Assembly: GCA_965223265.1 (NCBI GenBank)
Contig: OZ244999.1
Location: 7,200,001 to 7,264,000 of the forward strand
From: Planctomycetota bacterium
GTDB taxonomy: Bacteria; Planctomycetota; UBA8108; SXIK01
DNA: 64,000 bases
Direction: 5' to 3'
Position 1 is the stretch's first letter; each line of letters starts with the position of its first letter. Made by a program: the position numbers and the translations under genes. Under the pieces are notes generated by a model that was not told the DNA's origin, made no database searches, and worked only from the letters and a program-made list of their open reading frames with translations. Positions 58,039-64,000 of the stretch are shown one piece after another.

Positions 58039-59667
58039 TTAAGGCTTTCTGAACCTTTCAAGAGCGCCTTCCGGATCCCCATCGCCGGTGAGCGCGTGAC
58101 GCTCGCAGACGCGATACGCTTCCTTGAGGCAGGCGTAGAGCGCGGTCGCATCAGGGTCTGGAGCGATCATGCCGGACTGGGCAGGCTCGACGAAACCTCG
58201 CACGACGTCCGTCCACTCCGGTTCACGCCCGACTGCTACCTCGGCGGCGTGAAAAGCCCGCAGGGCCGCGCCGAGAGCCGCGGAATCTTCCACCTCAAGC
58301 TGAAAAACGTTGGCGTCGTGGACGTCGGCCATGACACGCAAGATCTCACGGTTGCGCGCACCGCCACCGGTGGCATAGATCGTCTCGATGTCGACACCCA
58401 TCCACTCGGAGTGAATCGACGTCGCCATCATTTGCGCCTCGACGACCGCGCGCACATTGGCTGCAGGGTCGCTCGGTTGGAGCCCACCGTAGCGGCGCTC
58501 GCCGGGCTCTGCCACATGGGGTGTGATCTCCGCTTCGAACCAAGGCAGCAAAACCTGCCCGCCGTTTCCCGGCGCCGTAGACCGTAGCAGATCCGAAAAT
58601 CCGTCCCAATCGAGACCGTACTGCTTGCAGATGCGCTCGCGAGCCAAAGAGCCATTGAGGAAGCAAATGAGACTCATGTAATCGCCCGTCGGCGATCCGA
58701 ACACGTGCCCACGGCCGTCAGGGTCAACTCGCGGTGAGGGCATGAATCCGAAGAGCGTGTCGCTCGTGCCGAGGGAGATCGCGATCCGACCCGGGCACAC
58801 CAAGCCAACACCGATGAGGCTGCAGGGGTTGTCACCCGACCAAGCAATGACTTGGGCGTTCGCGGGAAAACCATAGCGCTCGACCCAGTACCGCGAAAGT
58901 CGACCGATGTCGGTCCAAGATTCCGCGATGCGCGGCAGCTTGTCCGCCAGGTCAGGCGCAGTGACTTCGAGCGCATCAGACGCCCAATCACGACGCGCTA
59001 GATCCATAAGATTCATGCCGGCGCCGTCGCCGAGGTCGATCGGGGCGTGGCGACCTGCGAGCAGCGACGCGAGAAACGAGCTCACGAGGTGGATCCTATC
59101 GGTCGCAGCATAAGCTTCGCCGTCGGTCTGATAGAATTTGCGAATCTGCGGTCCGGTGAAGCGCTCGAACGCACGCGAGCCCGTCAGCTGAGCGAGACGT
59201 TCCGCGCCGCCGATGCGAGAGGTGATCTCTTGGCACTGCGCCGCAGTGCTCGAGTCCATCCAGATCGGCGACGTCGGGCGCGAAAATATCCCCTCCAGCT
59301 GCAGAGCAAGCGGCCGCTCTGGATTGAGTCGCGGGAGTACGTCCGCAGCCTCCCGTCGCAAGTACACGCTACCGTGCTGCTGACCGGAACCGGCGATGGC
59401 AACCAGTTCGCTCAGACGAGGACCACACTCGGCGGCGATCACCTCGAACATGCGATCGAGAGCTTCTGCCCACAAGAGTGGAGATGAGTGCGCCTCCTGT
59501 GGATGGCTTGGCGGTAGCACACCGTGGCGCGTTCCGTAGCCGGGGAATTCGGAGTCAAAGAGGAGAGAGTGCTGAAAAAGGACGTTCCTCTCGTCGTTCG
59601 CACCCACTTCGATGAGTACGGCTGTTAAGCTCTGCGTACTGGAATCGAGTCCGAGGTAGAGCGCCAT
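58039..59667 (-). CDS. xylB: FGGY-family kinase, D-xylulose kinase type
   Basis: LGLDSSTQS, SGQQHG, PIWMDSST, ERFTGPQIRK, SGDNP, SLGTSDT and ATGGG. Confidence 0.85.
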   Translation of the reverse strand: MALYLGLDSSTQSLTAVLIEVGANDERNVLFQHSLLFDSEFPGYGTRHGVLPPSHPQEAHSSPLLWAEALDRMFEVIAAECGPRLSELVAIAGSGQQHGSVYLRREAADVLPRLNPERPLALQLEGIFSRPTSPIWMDSSTAAQCQEITSRIGGAERLAQLTGSRAFERFTGPQIRKFYQTDGEAYAATDRIHLVSSFLASLLAGRHAPIDLGDGAGMNLMDLARRDWASDALEVTAPDLADKLPRIAESWTDIGRLSRYWVERYGFPANAQVIAWSGDNPCSLIGVGLVCPGRIAISLGTSDTLFGFMPSPRVDPDGRGHVFGSPTGDYMSLICFLNGSLARERICKQYGLDWDGFSDLLRSTAPGNGGQVLLPWFEAEITPHVAEPGERRYGGLQPSDPAANVRAVVEAQMMATSIHSEWMGVDIETIYATGGGARNREILRVMADVHDANVFQLEVEDSAALGAALRAFHAAEVAVGREPEWTDVVRGFVEPAQSGMIAPDPDATALYACLKEAYRVCERHALTGDGDPEGALERFRKP

Positions 59668-59933
59668 CGTTCTTTAGCTCCTATGAACAGTCTTTCTCTG
59701 GCGTGCGCGCGCGAACCTAACTGCCCGAACGCTTGCGACAAGGAGCGGCGGCACGTCGCGGCGGTCGATCCGAGATGCCATCTTTTGCAATGTTCGGGTG
59801 GGATTCGCAAGCCACTTCCATGCGGGCGCTCGCCGAATCCGCGGCACGGGTCTCCTACCCACGCTCTCTCGCCGCCCCTCACTGCACTTCTCAGAAGCTC
59901 TCTCACACGGCGCGGTTCTTACCGGGGGCCCTC

Positions 59934-62900
59934 TCATTCGGCCTGAGTTACGGGGACCTCCATGAGAATGAACCGACGGCGAAACGACTCGTAGAGCTCG
60001 CCCGACTCTTCGATGACTTGAGGCTGAGATAGGAGTTGTTCACGCTGCAGCTCGCCCGTGACGGACAGGGAACGACGGAAACTCACTTCGTCGGACTGGG
60101 TCCGGAGCGCGCCCCCCCTCCGGCTTGCCTCCCACAGAAGGTAGACAACCGGCCCCCGCTCCCCACGGCTGCCGATACGGATGCGAGATCCTCCCCAGAC
60201 GATGTCGCCTCGGTCATCCAACGTTCGGCCCAGACGCGAAACGTTCCGTTGAGACCGTGTCGACGACCGTTTCGCTGTCCGCAACTTGACTTTCAGCGTG
60301 CCGCCAACGAGTGGAACAGTTCGCGCGTCTTCGCTGACCCCATCTCCGAAGACGAACGCTGCCGCAAAGACTCCACCGGTTGCGGACTCGATCCCCGAAG
60401 CGGTGACCTGTATCTGCCCGTTCGGCAGGGCCGTAGCATGAGCCGTGGCGCCGCGAGGCCGATCCGACCACGCCAACGCGTTCGCTGAACCACGCCCCCA
60501 TGGCACGACATCGAGTTGAATCATCCGGTGCTCCGCCGCTTCCGAGCGCGCTTCAACGCTGGACCAAGACTCGTCAAACGTCGAAACATCGCGCCCGACA
60601 ACCTCCAAACGATGTCGCTGGCGTCCGGATGAACGCAGACGAATCTGGGCGATCGCGCCGGCCTGCCCACGCGCTGGGACGTACTCGAGCACGTCCTCGC
60701 TGCCAAAGCTGCTGTGCGAGTGGATCACGGCTTGGAGCAGCGGCGTGAGAAGAGCGAAGATGATCGGCAACGCAACGACGTAGATCCAAAGTCGGACGCG
60801 CCGCTGGCGACCGCGGAAGACGAGGAGCAGACAGGGGCCGATGAGCAGCAAATAGATCCCGTAGAAAACCATCGCGGACCCTAAGGCCTGCGGACTGTCG
60901 GGCAAACGACGATTCCGAGCCTGGAACGAAACTGGAAACTGGCTCCTGGGAATCGTGCCGCTCAGCTGCGACCAGAACCTTTTCGTCAGGCTCTCAGCGG
61001 GTGGGAGACGCCCCATGGGCGAAAAGGCGAGATGGCATATACTGCCGAATCCGACATCGCGCCGGCTGATGACCGTCACCTCGGTTGAAGGGGTTCCGCC
61101 GCTGCCCGCCAACTCCAACGAGTGTTCCTCGCCGTCATCGAAGCGGATCAGTTTGAAGTCGCCGAAATCTGTGCTCTCGAGGCGCTCCGTCGCACTCGCC
61201 CACACTTCTCCCCAGTCGGGATCGCGCTGCAAAGCGTCAATCCGGACGTCGCTCGTCAGCACGAGCGTCCCTCCGAGGCGGACAAAATCCAAAAGCGCGC
61301 GCCGCTGAGCAGTCGTCCGGCGCGACAGGTCCACATCCCCGATGACCACAGCCGAAACCCCTTCGTAGTGAAGTGCCGACTCGGGAAGCACGCTGGGGCG
61401 GACTGAACGAAATTCGTCGCGTTGGGCACGAGCGCTCGCCCATTCGTACGCGCGATCGCCGTTCTCGCTGACGAGAAGGAAGGACTCTTCCGCGGCGATC
61501 AGCACGCGCGCCGGAGCCACTTCAAATAGGTGAGCGGCATCACCAGCGTGCACCTCCAGTTGAACCGGTGCTCCTGGCCAAGTTAACGAGCGGCCAGCCG
61601 AGCCACCCTCAAGTCGCAGCGTCGACGTCGTCTGAGCTCCCACCTCCGATTCGACCCCGGGGTCACTATAGTCTGCGAAACGAACCACAACACGAACTGT
61701 ATCCGGCGATCTGTTGGCGACGACGAGTGTATAGAAGTCTGTTGATGCCTCGAAGACCACGCCGTCAAAGCCGCGCGTGATTTCGACCAGGTCGACTCCA
61801 GCCCTTCGGAGCGCGTCGGGGGCATTCTGCGCTCGCGCCGTTCGCGCACTGACGATCATCGTCCCGAGGGCGATCAAAAGAACTGTAGCCCCAGCGCCAA
61901 CCTCGTTGGTTCGCGGCGCCTTTGTCGCCTCTCTTCGAAAACGAGCCATCCACATGAGCCCGAGTGAAACCTGGAGTCCCGCGAACACGAGGTGCACAAC
62001 GACAAAACGGAAAAACCTCTCGTCCCACGCAAAGTCGCGTTGAAAAAGCGAGAAAGGCGACGCAAACGCAGGCCAACTCAGCAGTGGCGAGACGCGCTCC
62101 AGAGAGACGAGCTCCTGCAGAATCGCCGTGAGAATCAGTGGCGCGAATGCGACGACGAAAACGCCGAAGAACATGAGCCCACGCCAAGCGCCCGGATTCG
62201 ATATGGGCTTCAGGGTCAATCGTCCGAACAGATAGAGTTGCGATAGTGCAATCAAGGTCGCCAAAACGTAGTTGTGGAGCCGTCCCTCGTACACACTGTA
62301 CGACTGGGAACCACCGCTGGTTGGGGCAAGGCGGGTTGAGTCGATGAGCAAGCAGAGGAGGAAGAGGCACGAAGCGAGCAAGAGAAAACAGGCGTCATGC
62401 ACAAGACCGCGGCGCATGAACCGCCCCCCCAGACGCACGCGATACGCCATGCGTGACTTCGTCTGCCCCAGCGACAAGATCCACGCGACGAACGTGATCT
62501 GCATGAACAGAAATGGCAGATGAAAGCCCGAGTCCTGAGAGAAGCTCCAGCCGCGATTCGGGGGGACGAAGCTGGCGCAGATCACCCAAACCGCCAGCAC
62601 GCAAACGCATCCGATGCCGACGCGGGCGAGAAACTCCCACCGCTGACACCAAGCCGGTTGATTCTCGTAGTAGAACGCGACCTCGACGCGGCGCGTCAAG
62701 GCGGCGCGAAGACGGCGGAAGACTCGCCGACGCTTCTCAGTACCAGGCGCTTGAACGCTGCCGAACACGTTGAGTCCGGCGACAAAGTCGTGGGCCGGCC
62801 CAAAGACGACGAGAACGAGAAACGGCGCGGCGATCACAACCCAAAGGATCGCCGTGTACAGCGCCACGGGCACTTCCTGCCCCAAAACGATCGGAGTCAA

Positions 62901-63593
62901 ATCGAGGCTCTGCCCGGACCCTTCAATAGTGGAAAAGCTCTCAGCATAAAGCAGCCGCAGCGGAGTGCATAGAGCGACGAGCGCGCGCACTTCAGGATGC
63001 CCGGAGATCGATCCAAGGACGACGAAGATGAAAATGGCTCCTGGAACTCCGAGCCATTCGCGCTCGGCAACACAGCAGCCGAGAGTTACGGCTATGATGA
63101 CGTTCCCGTAGATGAGCAGAAGACCGTAGCTCTGAAACACCTCAGACCACGACACGCCACCGAACGAATGCGCCACGGCAGAAAACGGTAACGACACGAG
63201 AAGTAACTGCGCGGCGTAGACAAGAGCGAAGACCCAATTGCCGAAAGTCATTCGCAGCGGCGAGATTCCGGTCACGACAACCTGGTCGAATGCACGTCCA
63301 GCACGCGGCCCCTCGATGTGCCCGGCGACCCGCAGCGGCAAGAGAAGAGTCAACAGCCCGAATGCAAGCGACGTGTGTGCCAGGTGAAACAAGGCCCCGA
63401 GCATACCACCGCTGACGCGACCACCAGACTCCAAGAGAATGAGAAGGATTCCTCCATCGACGATGCCATACGCGAGCACGACCAGAGAAAAAACCATGGC
63501 CATCTTGCCCGCGGTGAGTCCTACCGCAAGCTCACGCGCCACCAACGGGTGATCGAAGAAGCTGCGCCTTATCGACGCGAAGTTCCAGCTCAC
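59934..63593 (-). CDS. Large ABC-transporter permease-like membrane protein with extracytoplasmic C-terminal domains
   Basis: N-terminal PLVAREL ABC-2-like permease, many TM helices, then an exported region with QRRALLDFVRLGGTLV. GTGA overlap with the ATPase gene. Confidence 0.7.
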   Translation of the reverse strand: MSWNFASIRRSFFDHPLVARELAVGLTAGKMAMVFSLVVLAYGIVDGGILLILLESGGRVSGGMLGALFHLAHTSLAFGLLTLLLPLRVAGHIEGPRAGRAFDQVVVTGISPLRMTFGNWVFALVYAAQLLLVSLPFSAVAHSFGGVSWSEVFQSYGLLLIYGNVIIAVTLGCCVAEREWLGVPGAIFIFVVLGSISGHPEVRALVALCTPLRLLYAESFSTIEGSGQSLDLTPIVLGQEVPVALYTAILWVVIAAPFLVLVVFGPAHDFVAGLNVFGSVQAPGTEKRRRVFRRLRAALTRRVEVAFYYENQPAWCQRWEFLARVGIGCVCVLAVWVICASFVPPNRGWSFSQDSGFHLPFLFMQITFVAWILSLGQTKSRMAYRVRLGGRFMRRGLVHDACFLLLASCLFLLCLLIDSTRLAPTSGGSQSYSVYEGRLHNYVLATLIALSQLYLFGRLTLKPISNPGAWRGLMFFGVFVVAFAPLILTAILQELVSLERVSPLLSWPAFASPFSLFQRDFAWDERFFRFVVVHLVFAGLQVSLGLMWMARFRREATKAPRTNEVGAGATVLLIALGTMIVSARTARAQNAPDALRRAGVDLVEITRGFDGVVFEASTDFYTLVVANRSPDTVRVVVRFADYSDPGVESEVGAQTTSTLRLEGGSAGRSLTWPGAPVQLEVHAGDAAHLFEVAPARVLIAAEESFLLVSENGDRAYEWASARAQRDEFRSVRPSVLPESALHYEGVSAVVIGDVDLSRRTTAQRRALLDFVRLGGTLVLTSDVRIDALQRDPDWGEVWASATERLESTDFGDFKLIRFDDGEEHSLELAGSGGTPSTEVTVISRRDVGFGSICHLAFSPMGRLPPAESLTKRFWSQLSGTIPRSQFPVSFQARNRRLPDSPQALGSAMVFYGIYLLLIGPCLLLVFRGRQRRVRLWIYVVALPIIFALLTPLLQAVIHSHSSFGSEDVLEYVPARGQAGAIAQIRLRSSGRQRHRLEVVGRDVSTFDESWSSVEARSEAAEHRMIQLDVVPWGRGSANALAWSDRPRGATAHATALPNGQIQVTASGIESATGGVFAAAFVFGDGVSEDARTVPLVGGTLKVKLRTAKRSSTRSQRNVSRLGRTLDDRGDIVWGGSRIRIGSRGERGPVVYLLWEASRRGGALRTQSDEVSFRRSLSVTGELQREQLLSQPQVIEESGELYESFRRRFILMEVPVTQAE

Positions 63594-64000
63594 GAAACGA
63601 TTCCTCTGGTTCGTTCAAGAAAGAGCGCTTCCAGATCGTGTCTCTCGCGCGAGTAGGCGATCACCTCGATGCCAGCTTCAACCATGACGCTCAAAACACG
63701 GTTGCCGATCAGGTCGGCGCCGCCTCCATCAGACTTGCGATCGTCCGAGTTGACCTCAGTCGCCTGTGCGTCAGCCTCTCCAGCTTCGGCCGCAGCAGCT
63801 TCGGCCGCAGTAGCGACAGCTTCGCCATGCTGCGAGTCGCCACCGCGCTCGGGAGTCAGTTCCAACACGAGACGCCCGTCTTCACCGGTGACGACGTGCG
63901 TCACGTACTCGAGATTCTCGAGCAGCTTCGCCGCGGCGGCGACGCTCGGCTCGGGCACGGTGAGGACGACGCGGAGGGTGGTACCGCTCTCCTTAGTGGT
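63590..64000 (-). CDS. C-terminal part of a probable ABC transporter ATP-binding protein (truncated by window)
   Basis: Frame is open to the window end. C-terminus HDLEALFLERTRGIVS is typical of ABC-2 ATPases. Confidence 0.6.
   Translation of the reverse strand, partial: TTKESGTTLRVVLTVPEPSVAAAAKLLENLEYVTHVVTGEDGRLVLELTPERGGDSQHGEAVATAAEAAAAEAGEADAQATEVNSDDRKSDGGGADLIGNRVLSVMVEAGIEVIAYSRERHDLEALFLERTRGIVS

Overview
GC-rich bacterial chromosomal window, very probably Planctomycetota. The lineage is inferred from a DUF1549/DUF1553 + DUF1501 pair, a membrane-anchored ECF sigma factor with a very large exported extension, a dockerin-like tailed protein and GTAG-type REPs. About 40 CDS are supported. 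These include an RND efflux trio, an RluA-family enzyme, hisH-hisF, a methyltransferase-GT4 pair, dnaE, a CBS-korA-korB-CBS cluster, pgi, an ArnT-like GT, a porin, a xylulokinase and an ABC system cut by the window end. No rRNA, tRNA, CRISPR array or transposase gene was seen. The unexplained signal is mostly non-coding: (1) a tandem array of about 3.4 units of 168-171 bp (18866-19447), each with a nested fold-back domain, a palindrome and variable poly-G tracts; (2) a fold-back MITE family with 5 copies; (3) a second repeat family with CTCGAGTTTGGCCATT ends fused to GTAG-REPs, two of which bracket the ECF sigma + lipoprotein block as 44-bp inverted repeats (28878-34408); (4) compound hexamer repeats with G-quadruplex potential. 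All functional calls come from reading motifs by eye; no database searches were run.
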